64,000 nt of DNA. It comes from an uncultured Actinomycetota bacterium. GTDB lineage: Bacteria > Actinomycetota > Actinomycetes > Propionibacteriales > Nocardioidaceae. The stretch covers positions 321,231 to 385,230 of the forward strand of contig CAVWYA010000010.1 of NCBI GenBank assembly GCA_963759065.1, written 5' to 3'. Each line of letters begins with the position of its first letter. The stretch's first letter is position 1. The notes under the pieces were generated by a model. The model did not search any database. It saw only the letters and a list, made by a program, of their open reading frames with translations, and was not told the DNA's origin. This document shows, piece after piece, positions 41,621 through 51,003 of this stretch. Made by a program: the position numbers and the translations under genes.

Positions 41621-41738
41621 GTGGTGCCCGGGTAGGCCTCTCTGGAAGGAAGTGCAGCCCCTCCATGTTACGGGCTGGTGCCGCAGGCTCCCACCGTGAT
41701 GACGACGAGTTCGCTGACGGGCGACGTAGGGTCTGCTC

Positions 41739-42005
41739 ATGCCCACCGATGAGGGTGTCAGCTACGACGAGGAGTACGGCGACGAGAACACGCCGCCCTC
41801 GTGGTTCCCGGGCGGCCATCTGCCCCCGCACGCGCGGCGGATGGGGCTGACCCACCACGTGCCCGAGGGCGCGCTGCTGGACTTCGCCGGCAAGCTCGAC
41901 GCGACCAAGCCGTGGCACCGGATATCCGCCTGGGCGCTGCTCGTGGTGTTCGGACTGCCGGTGGTGTTCGCCGTGCTCCGGGTCGTCGACGCGATGTCTG
42001 GCTAG
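41739..42005 (+). CDS. Small hypothetical membrane protein
   Basis: 88 aa; acidic N-terminus, one C-terminal TM helix. Confidence 0.65.
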   Translation: MPTDEGVSYDEEYGDENTPPSWFPGGHLPPHARRMGLTHHVPEGALLDFAGKLDATKPWHRISAWALLVVFGLPVVFAVLRVVDAMSG

Positions 42006-42008
42006 CGG

Positions 42009-43229
42009 CTACGACTCGTCGTCGTACGCCACCGAGAGCATGCCGAGGCACATCTCGTCGGTGCTGCCCTCGGCCCACATGATGTAGCGGTCCTCGCGCT
42101 GGGTGGCGAACGCCGGCAGCTTGTCGCGGAGCCACTGCTGGTGCTGGCACGTGACGCGGACGGTGTCGCCGGGGTCGAGGTGGATCGGCTCGATCGGCTT
42201 GGAGCCCTGGTTGTCGAAGTCCCAGATCGGTATCCGGAGCACCGTCTTCGCATCATCGGTGTCCGGGTTGACCTCGATGGTGATCTTGCGGCCGAGGAGG
42301 TGCATGTGGCCGGCCACCCCGATCACGGTCATGCCCCGGCCGACGTTGCGGGTGCAGGTCGTGGTCTCGCTCGGCACGATCTCGGTGCCGCACAGGATGT
42401 GCAGCAGCGTGTTGGTGTTGCCGGCGGTGCCGAAGCGCTTGTTGATGTCGACGGCCGCCGCGTCGCGGTCGCACAGCGGTCCGTCGCTGTGGTCGGCGCG
42501 GCACGGGAGCTCGACCGGAGCCGGCATGAGGAACGTGTGCAGCGACTGGAGGTCGGTGTCGCCCGGCATCCAGCGGAGCTGGGTGGCCGACTGGTCGGGC
42601 GAGGCGCCCTTGAGCAGGTTGTAGTGGACCTGCATCACGATCCGGGAGCCCGCCTCGAGCTTGACGCCGTAGCCGTCCTGGACCTTGGTCTCGTCGCCGC
42701 CGGGCGCCCAGGCCGCGAGCCAGTTGGCGTCGTCGAGGTTGGCGAACTCGCCGGCGATGCCGGTGCCGCCGAAGCAGGTCCAGCCCGGGTCGGCGCTGGC
42801 GGCATCCTTGGCCTCGGCCTCCTGGACCGTCTCCGGCGTGAGCTTGAACAGGATGACGTGGTGCACGACGTCGGGGTTGCCGGGCAGGACGTTGCTGCCG
42901 GTCAGCCAGACGTCCTGGTCGACGTGCGGGTCGAGCAGGAAGCAGCGGTAGTCGTCGGTCCCGGTCGCCATCGGCGCGGACGGCGTGTAGGTCTCCGGCA
43001 TCGTGAGCGTCATCCGCTCCTCGCCGTCGCGCAGCGGCAGCAGCTTGCCCTTCGGGGTCGCGGCCAGCTGCTGGGCCTCGACCTCCGGCGGCTGCGTCGG
43101 CTGGAGCAGCGCGCCCGGGTCACCGGCGCGATGGCCCTCGTCCCCGGAGTCCATGCAGGACGCGGCGAACGGCACCACCAGGGCGGCCGAGGCCACCGCG
43201 AGCAGGATCCGAGAGGTGGGCCGCCTCAC
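42009..43229 (-). CDS. Copper type II ascorbate-dependent monooxygenase-like lipoprotein
   Basis: Lipobox FAAS-C; YRCF, VHHVILF, QVHYN, GHMHLLG, DEMC. Confidence 0.85.
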   Translation of the reverse strand: MRRPTSRILLAVASAALVVPFAASCMDSGDEGHRAGDPGALLQPTQPPEVEAQQLAATPKGKLLPLRDGEERMTLTMPETYTPSAPMATGTDDYRCFLLDPHVDQDVWLTGSNVLPGNPDVVHHVILFKLTPETVQEAEAKDAASADPGWTCFGGTGIAGEFANLDDANWLAAWAPGGDETKVQDGYGVKLEAGSRIVMQVHYNLLKGASPDQSATQLRWMPGDTDLQSLHTFLMPAPVELPCRADHSDGPLCDRDAAAVDINKRFGTAGNTNTLLHILCGTEIVPSETTTCTRNVGRGMTVIGVAGHMHLLGRKITIEVNPDTDDAKTVLRIPIWDFDNQGSKPIEPIHLDPGDTVRVTCQHQQWLRDKLPAFATQREDRYIMWAEGSTDEMCLGMLSVAYDDES

Positions 43230-43570
43230 CCTGGCGGCCAGGTCATGGGGCGCCCGGCGAGCAGGTGCAGGTGGGTGTGGAAGACGCTCTGCCCCGCGCC
43301 GGCGCCGGTGTTGAAGACGAGCCGGTAGTCGTCGTGGCCCTCGGCCGTGGCGACCGCGGCCGCCGTGGCGACCAGCTCGGCGGACGCCGCCGGGTCACCG
43401 GCAGCCAGCTCGGCGGCGTTGGCGAAGTGGTCGCGCGGCACGACCAGCACGTGGGTCGGCGCCTGCGGGTTGAGGTCGCGGAACGCGACCGTCCGTTCGG
43501 AGGCGTGCACGACGTCGGCGTCGACGTCACCTGCGACGATGCCGCAGAACAGGCAGTCCTCCACGACCAC
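43226..43570 (-). CDS. HIT family hydrolase
   Basis: DCLFC, DLNPQAPTH, GQSVFHTHLHLL. Confidence 0.93.
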   Translation of the reverse strand: MVVEDCLFCGIVAGDVDADVVHASERTVAFRDLNPQAPTHVLVVPRDHFANAAELAAGDPAASAELVATAAAVATAEGHDDYRLVFNTGAGAGQSVFHTHLHLLAGRPMTWPPG

Positions 43571-43604
43571 GCTCCCTCCGCCGGACATCGTCCCACACGC
43601 GTGT

Positions 43605-43629
43605 CAACCGCCGGAGGGCCTGAAGCGTC
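43605..43629 (+). promoter_or_regulatory. Putative autoregulated ECF-sigma promoter
   Basis: CAAC-N17-CGTC directly upstream of the sigma gene, matching AAC/CGT-type ECF promoters. Confidence 0.6.
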
Positions 43630-43637
43630 AGACTGAT

Positions 43638-44201
43638 GTGACCGCACGGACACTGTTGGCCACGTCGAGGCCGCTGGAGGTGGACCTGGACGCCGACAAC
43701 GCACTCGAGCAGCTGTACGCCGCACACTGGCGTGGGCTGGTGCGGCTCGCTGTCCTCCTGCTCCGCGACCAGGGCGAGGCCGAGGAGGTCGTGCAGGACT
43801 CGTTCGTCGCGATGCACGGCCGGTGGCGCTCGCTGCGCGACCCCGACAAGGCCCTCGCCTACCTCCGCCGCACGGTCGTCAACCGGTCCCGCTCCGCGCT
43901 GCGGCACCGTGGCGTCGAGGAGCGGTACGTCGCCCGCCAGCGCCCCGCGCTGTCGCTGGCCGACCCCGCCGACGCGCCCGCGCTCGTGAGGGACCGCCGG
44001 GTCGCCGTACTCGACGCGCTCCGCGCGCTGCCCACCCGCCAGCGCGAGGTGCTGGTGCTTCGCCACTACCTCGAGCTGTCCGAGACCGAGATCGCCGAGA
44101 CCCTCGGGATCAGCCGAGGCTCGGTCAAGGCGCACGCCTCCCGCGGCTCCGGCGCGCTGCGACGGCTGCTCGACGCACGACTCCACGAGGGAGAGCTCTG
44201 A
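43638..44201 (+). CDS. ECF RNA polymerase sigma factor (SigE family)
   Basis: AEEVVQDSF, AYLRRTVVN, LRALPTRQREVLVLRHY, GISRGSVKAHASRG. Start inferred. Confidence 0.93.
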   Translation: MTARTLLATSRPLEVDLDADNALEQLYAAHWRGLVRLAVLLLRDQGEAEEVVQDSFVAMHGRWRSLRDPDKALAYLRRTVVNRSRSALRHRGVEERYVARQRPALSLADPADAPALVRDRRVAVLDALRALPTRQREVLVLRHYLELSETEIAETLGISRGSVKAHASRGSGALRRLLDARLHEGEL

Positions 44202-45154
44202 TGGACGACCTGACCACCCTGATGCGGGAAGCGGTCGAGGACGTCGAGCCGACAGACCGGCGAGCCGAGCTCCGAGAGCGGGTCGCGGCCTCGTCGAAGG
44301 CCCGGCGCTTTCGCTACGCCGTCACGGGAGGACTGCTCGCCGCCGCCGTCGTGGTGACGGGCGTCGCGGTGGCCGTGCAGCAGGGCGACGGGTCCGAGAC
44401 CCCGCCGGCGGGCTCCGAGCGCGCCGTGGACCGCACCAGGGAGCGCCGCCCGGCGTACGCGCTCTACTACGTCGGTGACACCCCGCAGGGGCCACGGCTG
44501 TTCCGTGAGTTCCGCGACGGCCCGGGACCGGAGACGACGCCTGGCGCGGCGATCAGCCTGCTGCTGGACGCGCCGGACGACCCGGACTACTCGTCCTCCT
44601 GGTCGGGGGGCCAGCTGCTCGGCGCGAGCGTCGAGAACGGCGTCATCGAGGTCGACGTGGATCCGGCCCTGGTCACGAAGCCTGTCGACAGCCTCGCCCT
44701 CCAGCAGGTCGTCTACACGGTCCAGGCCGCGGTGGGCGACTCGGCCCTCCCCGTCCAGTTCGTCCACGACGGCAACCCGGTGGCCGAGCTCGGCGGTCAG
44801 CCGACGAGCGAACCTCTCGACAACGCACCCCAGCTCGACGTCCTGGCGCTGGCGAGCATCAGCGTCCCCGCTGACCGGCGCGTCGTGGAGGGCTCGTTCA
44901 GTGCCAACGGGCGGGCGAGCTCGTTCGAGGGCAACGTGCCCTGGGAGCTGAGGGATGCCGACGACAACGTGGTCCGGGAGGGCAGCGTGCAGACCTTCGG
45001 CTCGGTCGATCGGCTCGATCCCTGGGCCACCGGTCCCATCGACGTGTCCGACCTCGACCCGGGTGAGTACACGTTCGTGGTCATGACCGACGACCCGTCG
45101 GACGGCGAGGGGCCGGGCCCGACGGTCGACACGCGTACGGTCATCATCAAGTAG
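44201..45154 (+). CDS. Membrane-anchored GerMN + Gmad2 (Ig-like) protein, putative anti-sigma factor
   Basis: TGATG coupling to the sigma gene; short cytoplasmic N-terminus, TM helix, YYVGDTPQGPRLFREF, ALQQVVYT, FEGNVPWE. Confidence 0.8.
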   Translation: MDDLTTLMREAVEDVEPTDRRAELRERVAASSKARRFRYAVTGGLLAAAVVVTGVAVAVQQGDGSETPPAGSERAVDRTRERRPAYALYYVGDTPQGPRLFREFRDGPGPETTPGAAISLLLDAPDDPDYSSSWSGGQLLGASVENGVIEVDVDPALVTKPVDSLALQQVVYTVQAAVGDSALPVQFVHDGNPVAELGGQPTSEPLDNAPQLDVLALASISVPADRRVVEGSFSANGRASSFEGNVPWELRDADDNVVREGSVQTFGSVDRLDPWATGPIDVSDLDPGEYTFVVMTDDPSDGEGPGPTVDTRTVIIK

Positions 45155-45185
45155 GTCCCACCAGCCACACCCGTCCCATCAGAGG

Positions 45186-46121
45186 ATGGCACCCATGACC
45201 CCTCGCGCCCGGACCCGACTCGCTGCCCTGCTCGCCGTACTGCCGCTCTCGCTGGTGGTGCTGGCCGCGTGCGGCGACGACGAGCCGTCGGCCCAGGACC
45301 CCAACGACACCCCCTCGAAGTCCGACAAGCCCACCAAGGAGCAGTCCCCCACCGAGGAGCCGACCGAGACCCCCACGGACACCGGCTCTCCGGCGAGGGT
45401 GGCCGCGCCGATCTACTTCGTGGGCGACACCCCGCAGGGGCCCCGGCTGTTCCGTGAGTTCCAGCAGGTCGAGGCCGACAACCCGCTGGCCGAGGCGGCC
45501 GCGCTGATGACCGCGGGCGACGCTAACGACCCCGACTACGGAAGCGCCTTCCCCGACGGTGGCGGGTTCGCCTCGGTCAGCTTCGACGGCGGTGCGGTCG
45601 TGGTGCAGCTGAACAACGACGAGTGGATGGCCAAGCCGGAGGGGATGACGGCGCGCCAGGCCAAGCTGGCCGTCCAGCAGCTCGTCTACACCGCACAGGG
45701 CGTCCAGGGGGCGCGGGTGCCGGTGAAGGTGCTCGGACCGACCGGCGAGCCGGTCCCGCTCCTGGGCTTCGACGCACCCGACGGACTCAAGGCCGCGCCC
45801 CAGAACGACGTGCTGGCCCTGGTGAACATCACCCAGCCCGAGCAGGACTCGCAGCCCGGCGCCACGTTCTTCGCGAGCGGCGTCGCCAACTCGTTCGAGG
45901 CGACCGTCCCGTGGGAGATCCGTGACGAGTCCGGGGCCACGGTGCTGGACGGATTCGCCACCGCCGAGGGCTGGGGCGACCACCTCTACCCGTGGGAGTC
46001 CGAGGTCGACGCGAGCGGCCTCGCCCCGGGCACCTACACCTTCGTGGCGATGACCGACGACCCGTCGGGCGGCGAGGGCGGCGGCCCGACCGAGGACACC
46101 AAGACGTTCACGTTGAACTGA
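45186..46121 (+). CDS. GerMN + Gmad2 lipoprotein (paralog of the preceding ectodomain)
   Basis: Lipobox LAA-C; YFVGDTPQGPRLFREF, AVQQLVYT, FEATVPWE, YTFVAMTDDPSGGEG. Confidence 0.85.
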   Translation: MAPMTPRARTRLAALLAVLPLSLVVLAACGDDEPSAQDPNDTPSKSDKPTKEQSPTEEPTETPTDTGSPARVAAPIYFVGDTPQGPRLFREFQQVEADNPLAEAAALMTAGDANDPDYGSAFPDGGGFASVSFDGGAVVVQLNNDEWMAKPEGMTARQAKLAVQQLVYTAQGVQGARVPVKVLGPTGEPVPLLGFDAPDGLKAAPQNDVLALVNITQPEQDSQPGATFFASGVANSFEATVPWEIRDESGATVLDGFATAEGWGDHLYPWESEVDASGLAPGTYTFVAMTDDPSGGEGGGPTEDTKTFTLN

Positions 46122-46141
46122 CGACCTTCTAGTTTGACTGC

Positions 46142-47188
46142 GTGAGGCTCTCCCCGCGGCGGCTCAACCGCACCCTGCTCCTCCGCCAGCACCTGCTCGA
46201 GCGGACCGACGCCACCCCCCACGAGATGGCGCGGCACCTCATCGGACTCCAGGCGCAGGAGAACCTGCCGCCGTACCTCTCCCTGGCCGCGCGGCTGACG
46301 TCGTTCGACCCGCGCGACGTGACTGCCGGGCTGGAGGACCGGACGCTGGTGCGGTTCCTGACGATGCGCGGGACCGTGCACCTGCTGGTCGCCGACGATG
46401 CGCTGTCCCTGCGGCAGTGGACCGAGTCGGTGCACGAGCGCGAGATCAGGATCAGCCAGAACATCGGCCCGGCGCGCGAGGTGGACCGCACGGCGTTCGT
46501 GGCTGCGCTCTCCGAGGTGCTCGACGGCGACCCTCAGCCGCAGAAGGTGATCGGCGCGGCCCTCGCGGAGCGGTTCCCGGCCTACCCCGCGACCCAGCTC
46601 GGCCAGCTGGCGCGGTCCGCGGCGCCGCTGGTGCAGTGCCCACCGCGCGGGACCTGGAAGGGCAGCGGCGGCGTGGTCTACCAGTACGTCGACCGCTGGC
46701 TCGGCCGGCCGCTGGTCGAGCCGGACGTCGAGCAGATCGTGCGGCGCTACCTCACCGCGTTCGGCCCGGCCACCGCGGCCGACGTCACGGCGTGGTCCGC
46801 CGTCACCCGGCTCGGTCCGGTGGTCAAGGCGATGGATGACCTCGTCACCTACGAGGACTGCAACGGGAAGCTGCTCTACGACGTACCCGGCCTGGAGCTC
46901 GCCGACGAGGACGCTCACGCGCCGGTGCGGCTGCTCGGCCAGTACGACAACGTCTGGCTCTCCCACGCCGGACGTGACCGCGTCACCACACCCGAGTCAC
47001 GGTCCGGCTGGATGGGTGTCAACGGCGGGATGGCCAGCACGTTCTTCGCCGACGGCATGCTCGTCGGTCTCTGGCGGGTCACCGACGGCCGCGTGGAGGT
47101 GCTCTCCACCATCCGTCCCCTCACCAGGCGGGAGCAGTCCGAGCTCGACGACGAGGTCGGCCGGGTCGACCAGCTGCTGGGTTCCTAG
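46142..47188 (+). CDS. AlkZ-like (HTH_42) DNA glycosylase family protein
   Basis: GLQAQ (QxQ), MRGTVH, RRYLTAFGPAT..D...WS, LLGQYDN. Confidence 0.85.
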   Translation: MRLSPRRLNRTLLLRQHLLERTDATPHEMARHLIGLQAQENLPPYLSLAARLTSFDPRDVTAGLEDRTLVRFLTMRGTVHLLVADDALSLRQWTESVHEREIRISQNIGPAREVDRTAFVAALSEVLDGDPQPQKVIGAALAERFPAYPATQLGQLARSAAPLVQCPPRGTWKGSGGVVYQYVDRWLGRPLVEPDVEQIVRRYLTAFGPATAADVTAWSAVTRLGPVVKAMDDLVTYEDCNGKLLYDVPGLELADEDAHAPVRLLGQYDNVWLSHAGRDRVTTPESRSGWMGVNGGMASTFFADGMLVGLWRVTDGRVEVLSTIRPLTRREQSELDDEVGRVDQLLGS

Positions 47189-47916
47189 CGCCAGCGAGGC
47201 GTGCGCGAGAGAAGCGCGGAGGCGGCGGCGACGCCGGCGGTGGAGGTGCGGAGCACCTCGGTGCCGAGCCGGACGGTGCGGGCGCCCCCGGCGGCGAACG
47301 CCTCGAGCTCGTCGGGCGCCAGCCCGCCCTCGGGGCCGACGACCAGGACGACCCGGTCAGGCACCTCGGTGGGCAGCGGCTCGGTCGCCTCCTCGTGGAG
47401 CACCAGCGCGAGGGGCGCGTCGGCGATCAGGGCGGTCACCTCGGCGGTCGACGACAGCGGCGACACCTCGGGGAACCACGCCCGCCGGGCCTGCTTCGCC
47501 GCCTCGCGCGCGGCGGCCTGCCACTTGGCGAGCGACTTCGCGGCGCGGTCACCGCGCCACACGGCGACCGACCGCGCGGCGGCCCAGGGCACGATCCGGG
47601 CGACGCCGATCTCGGTGAGCAGCTCGACCGCGAGCTCGCCCCGGTCGCCCTTGGGCAGGGCCTGGACCACGACGAGCTCGGGGGTGGGTGCAGGCACGGA
47701 CGAGATCGAGCGGACCACGACGTCGAGGCGGGCCTTGCCGGTCGCGGTCACCTCGCACTCGGCGACGTGACCCGCGCCGTCGGTCAGCAGCACGGCCTCG
47801 CCCACTGCGAGGCGGCGTACGGCGACCGCATGGTGCGCCTCGGCACCCTCGACGGCCACCGGTGCGCCGACGTCCACGCCCGCCAGCGATGGCACCAGGT
47901 GGACGTGCAGCGACAT
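47185..47916 (-). CDS. rsmE: 16S rRNA (uracil-1498-N3)-methyltransferase
   Basis: HHAVAVRRL, QALPKGDR, VGPEGG, LGTEVLRTSTAG. Confidence 0.95.
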   Translation of the reverse strand: MSLHVHLVPSLAGVDVGAPVAVEGAEAHHAVAVRRLAVGEAVLLTDGAGHVAECEVTATGKARLDVVVRSISSVPAPTPELVVVQALPKGDRGELAVELLTEIGVARIVPWAAARSVAVWRGDRAAKSLAKWQAAAREAAKQARRAWFPEVSPLSSTAEVTALIADAPLALVLHEEATEPLPTEVPDRVVLVVGPEGGLAPDELEAFAAGGARTVRLGTEVLRTSTAGVAAASALLSRTPRWR

Positions 47917-47926
47917 CAGCCGGGGA

Positions 47927-49105
47927 TCAGTGCTGGTTGAAGGCGTCGCGGAGCCGACCGAAGGGACTCTTGCGGCCGCCGGGCTTGAGCCGCGCGGCGG
48001 GCTGCTCCTCGCCGCGGATCGCTGCCAGCTCGTTGAGCAGCTCCTCCTCGCGCGCGCCGAGACGGGTCGGCGTCTCGACCGCGATCGAGACGATCAGGTC
48101 GCCGCGGCCGCCGCGGAGCCCGGGGACCCCGCGTCCGCGGAGCACCTGCTCGCTGCCGGACTGGGTGCCGGGCCGCACATCGAGCTCGAACGACGTCTCG
48201 AGGTCGGTCGAGGCGCCCTCGGGCGGCACCACGTCGGCCTCCAGCGTGGGGAGCTCCAGGGTGGTGCCGAGCGCGGCCGCGGTCATCGGGACGGTGACCG
48301 TGCAGTGCAGGTCATTGCCCTGCCGGGTGAAGACGTCGTGGTTCGCCACGTGGATCTCGACGTAGAGGTCTCCGGCCGGGCCTCCACCCGGTCCGACCTC
48401 ACCCTCGTCGGCGAGCTGCACGCGGGTGCCGGTGTCGACGCCCGCGGGAATCTTGATGGTCAGGGTGCGGCGGGACCGGACCCGGCCGTCGCCCGAGCAC
48501 TCGCGGCACGGGTCCGGGATGATCGAGCCGAAGCCCCGGCAGGCCGCACACGGGCGCAGCGTGCGGATCTCGCCGAGGAACGAGCGCTGAACGTGCGCCA
48601 CCTCGCCGGCGCCGCGGCAGGTCTCGCAGGTCTGGGGGTGGGAACCCGGGGCGGCGCCCTCACCGTGACAGGTCGAGCAGACCACCGCGGTGTCGACCTT
48701 GAGCTCGCGGGTGACGCCGAACGCCGCCTCGGCGAGCTCGATCTCCAGCCTGATCAGCGCGTCCTGCCCGCGCCTGGTGCGCGGGCGCGGTCCCCGCGCC
48801 TGGCCGCCGGGCTGGCCGCCGAAGAAGGCGTCCATGATGTCGGTGAACGAGAAGCCGGCACCCTGGCCGAAGCCAGCGCCCATGCCGCCGAACGGGTCGC
48901 CTCCGCGGTCGTACATCGCGCGCTTCTGCGGGTCGGACAGGATCTCGTAGGCGCGCCCGATCTCCTGGAACCGCGACTGCGCGTCCGGGTCCGGGTTGAC
49001 GTCGGGGTGCAGCTGTCGCGCCTGACGGCGGTAGGCCTTCTTGATGGCCTCCGCGTCGGCGTCCCGACTCACGCCCAGGAGGGCGTACAGGTCCGGCTGG
49101 CTCAT
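47927..49105 (-). CDS. dnaJ: Molecular chaperone DnaJ
   Basis: J domain with HPD, G/F region, four CxxCxGxG repeats. Confidence 0.97.
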   Translation of the reverse strand: MSQPDLYALLGVSRDADAEAIKKAYRRQARQLHPDVNPDPDAQSRFQEIGRAYEILSDPQKRAMYDRGGDPFGGMGAGFGQGAGFSFTDIMDAFFGGQPGGQARGPRPRTRRGQDALIRLEIELAEAAFGVTRELKVDTAVVCSTCHGEGAAPGSHPQTCETCRGAGEVAHVQRSFLGEIRTLRPCAACRGFGSIIPDPCRECSGDGRVRSRRTLTIKIPAGVDTGTRVQLADEGEVGPGGGPAGDLYVEIHVANHDVFTRQGNDLHCTVTVPMTAAALGTTLELPTLEADVVPPEGASTDLETSFELDVRPGTQSGSEQVLRGRGVPGLRGGRGDLIVSIAVETPTRLGAREEELLNELAAIRGEEQPAARLKPGGRKSPFGRLRDAFNQH

Positions 49106-49131
49106 GGTTCCTTTCGAGACGTGGGAGAGGC

Positions 49132-50145
49132 TCAGGCCTCGTCGAGGATCCTGGACACGTAGCGGGCGACGGCGCGCACCGCCGCCATCGTGCCGGGGTA
49201 GTCCATGCGGGTGGGGCCGACGATGCCGAGGGTCGCGACCGCCTCGTCGTGCGGGCCGTAGCCGGTCGTCACGACGCTGGTCGCCGACAGCTGCTCGTAG
49301 GGGCCCTCCGCGCCGATCGTCACGGTGACCGCGCCGCCGGTGGAAGCCTCGCCGAGGAGCTTGAGCAGCACGACGTGCTCCTCGAGCGCCTCGAGCAGCG
49401 GGCGCACGGCCGAGTCGAAGCTGTCGCCGTAGCGAGCCAGGTTGGCCGCGCCGCCCACCACGATCCGCTCGTCGGAGCGCTGGTCGATCATGGCGTCGAC
49501 GAGGACCTCGGCGACCGCGGCCGTGGCGGCCCCGTCGACGGTCGGGACGGCGGCCCGCAGGGCGTTCACCGCCTCAGAGATCACCACGCCGGCGACCGCG
49601 GTGTTGAGGCGGGTGCGGAGGTCGGAGAGGGCCAGGTCGGTCAGGTCGGTGCCGAGCTCGACGATGCGCTGCTCGACCCGGCCGGTGCTGAGGATCAGCA
49701 CGACGAGCAGCCGGTTGGGCGCAAGCGCGACCAGCTCGATGTGCCGGACCGTGGAGCGCGACAGCGTGGGGTACTGCACCATCGCGACCTGGCGGGTCAG
49801 CTGCGAGAGCACGCGGACCGAGCGGCCGACGACGTCGTCGAGGTCCACCGCGCCGTCGAGGAAGGTCGAGATGGCGCGCTTCTCGGGGGCGCTCATCGGC
49901 TTGACCGTGGTCAGCCGGTCGACGAACAGCCGGTAGCCCTTGTCGGTCGGGACCCGGCCCGCGCTGGTGTGCGGCTGGGTGATGTAGCCCTCGTCCTCGA
50001 GCGCCGCCATGTCGTTGCGCACCGTGGCGGGCGAGACCCCGAGCCCGTGCCGCTCGACGAGCGCCTTGGAGCCCACCGGCTCCTCGGTGGCCACGTAGTC
50101 CTCGACGATGGCGCGCAGCACCGCGAGCCGCCGCTCCTCCTGCAT
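49132..50145 (-). CDS. hrcA: Heat-inducible transcription repressor HrcA
   Basis: [38 protein letters not shown]. Confidence 0.97.
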   Translation of the reverse strand: MQEERRLAVLRAIVEDYVATEEPVGSKALVERHGLGVSPATVRNDMAALEDEGYITQPHTSAGRVPTDKGYRLFVDRLTTVKPMSAPEKRAISTFLDGAVDLDDVVGRSVRVLSQLTRQVAMVQYPTLSRSTVRHIELVALAPNRLLVVLILSTGRVEQRIVELGTDLTDLALSDLRTRLNTAVAGVVISEAVNALRAAVPTVDGAATAAVAEVLVDAMIDQRSDERIVVGGAANLARYGDSFDSAVRPLLEALEEHVVLLKLLGEASTGGAVTVTIGAEGPYEQLSATSVVTTGYGPHDEAVATLGIVGPTRMDYPGTMAAVRAVARYVSRILDEA

Positions 50146-50172
50146 CCGCCACCTCCCGAGGTCGCTCGTGAC

Positions 50173-50199
50173 TTGGCACTCCATGTTGATGAGTGCCAA
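50173..50199. promoter_or_regulatory. CIRCE element (HrcA operator)
   Basis: TTGGCACTC-N9-GAGTGCCAA. Confidence 0.95.
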
Positions 50200-50238
50200 T
50201 GCTACTCGGCGCCGGGAGACGCTGAAGGCCGCAACGAG

Positions 50239-50257
50239 ATAGGTTAGGCTTGCCTTA
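50239..50257. promoter_or_regulatory. IdeR/DtxR/DmdR1-type iron box
   Basis: ATAGGTTAGGCTTGCCTTA matches TWAGGTWAGSCTWACCTWA at 17/19. Confidence 0.75.
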
Positions 50258-50289
50258 GTTGATCGCTGCCGGAGGAGTACCCACCGAAG

Positions 50290-50979
50290 ATGAGCAATGT
50301 CGAGGCCGACGCCCAGCTGGCCCGCAGCATCCTGGCCTGTCCCGAGCGTGCCGAGCTGGCCGTCGACGGCCACCCCACCGTCGGCTGCGACGACGACCTG
50401 GGCCTGCGCGACGAGGAGGGCGTGCCGACGTTCTCCTGCAACGCCGCCTCCCTGCTCGCCGACGCCGGTCGCGAGGGCAGCCGCGCGCTGGTCACCCTGG
50501 TCAGCGGGCTCGGCCCGCAGGGCGGCCCGGACCGGTCGATCACCCTGACCCTGACCGGCCGGCTCGGCCTCGGCCCCCGCGAGAGCTGCACCTGCTGCGG
50601 GGTGGAGCGCCACGACGTACCCCTCCTCCTCGACTTCGTGGTGCTCACCCACGATGGCGGCGGGCAGCGCAGGGTGCCGCTCGCAGCGTTCCGCTCCCCC
50701 GGGCTCAAGCTCAACCGTGGCTACCTCCAACGCGCGCTCGAGCACGCCAACGACTGCCATCGCGAGGATCTCGGGCAGGTCGTCGTGCGCACGACCGGCA
50801 CCCCGGCCGAGCAGCTGCTCGACGCCCGGCTCTCCGACCTGACCACGCACGGCGCCGAGCTCGCCTGGATCGACCGCGAGGGCGGTCACCGGGTGTCGCT
50901 GTGGTTCTCCAGGCCGGCCGGGAGCGTGGAGGATCTGGGCGTGCTGCTGCGCCGGGAGCTGCACGCCGGGATCTGCTGA
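50290..50979 (+). CDS. DUF2470-like protein with degenerate split-barrel N-terminus
   Basis: SD GGAGGAG; C-terminal LEHANDCH...L.F.RP pattern; CTCC motif. Confidence 0.65.
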   Translation: MSNVEADAQLARSILACPERAELAVDGHPTVGCDDDLGLRDEEGVPTFSCNAASLLADAGREGSRALVTLVSGLGPQGGPDRSITLTLTGRLGLGPRESCTCCGVERHDVPLLLDFVVLTHDGGGQRRVPLAAFRSPGLKLNRGYLQRALEHANDCHREDLGQVVVRTTGTPAEQLLDARLSDLTTHGAELAWIDREGGHRVSLWFSRPAGSVEDLGVLLRRELHAGIC

Positions 50980-51003
50980 CCCACCCCTGCTCATACTGGG
51001 GCG

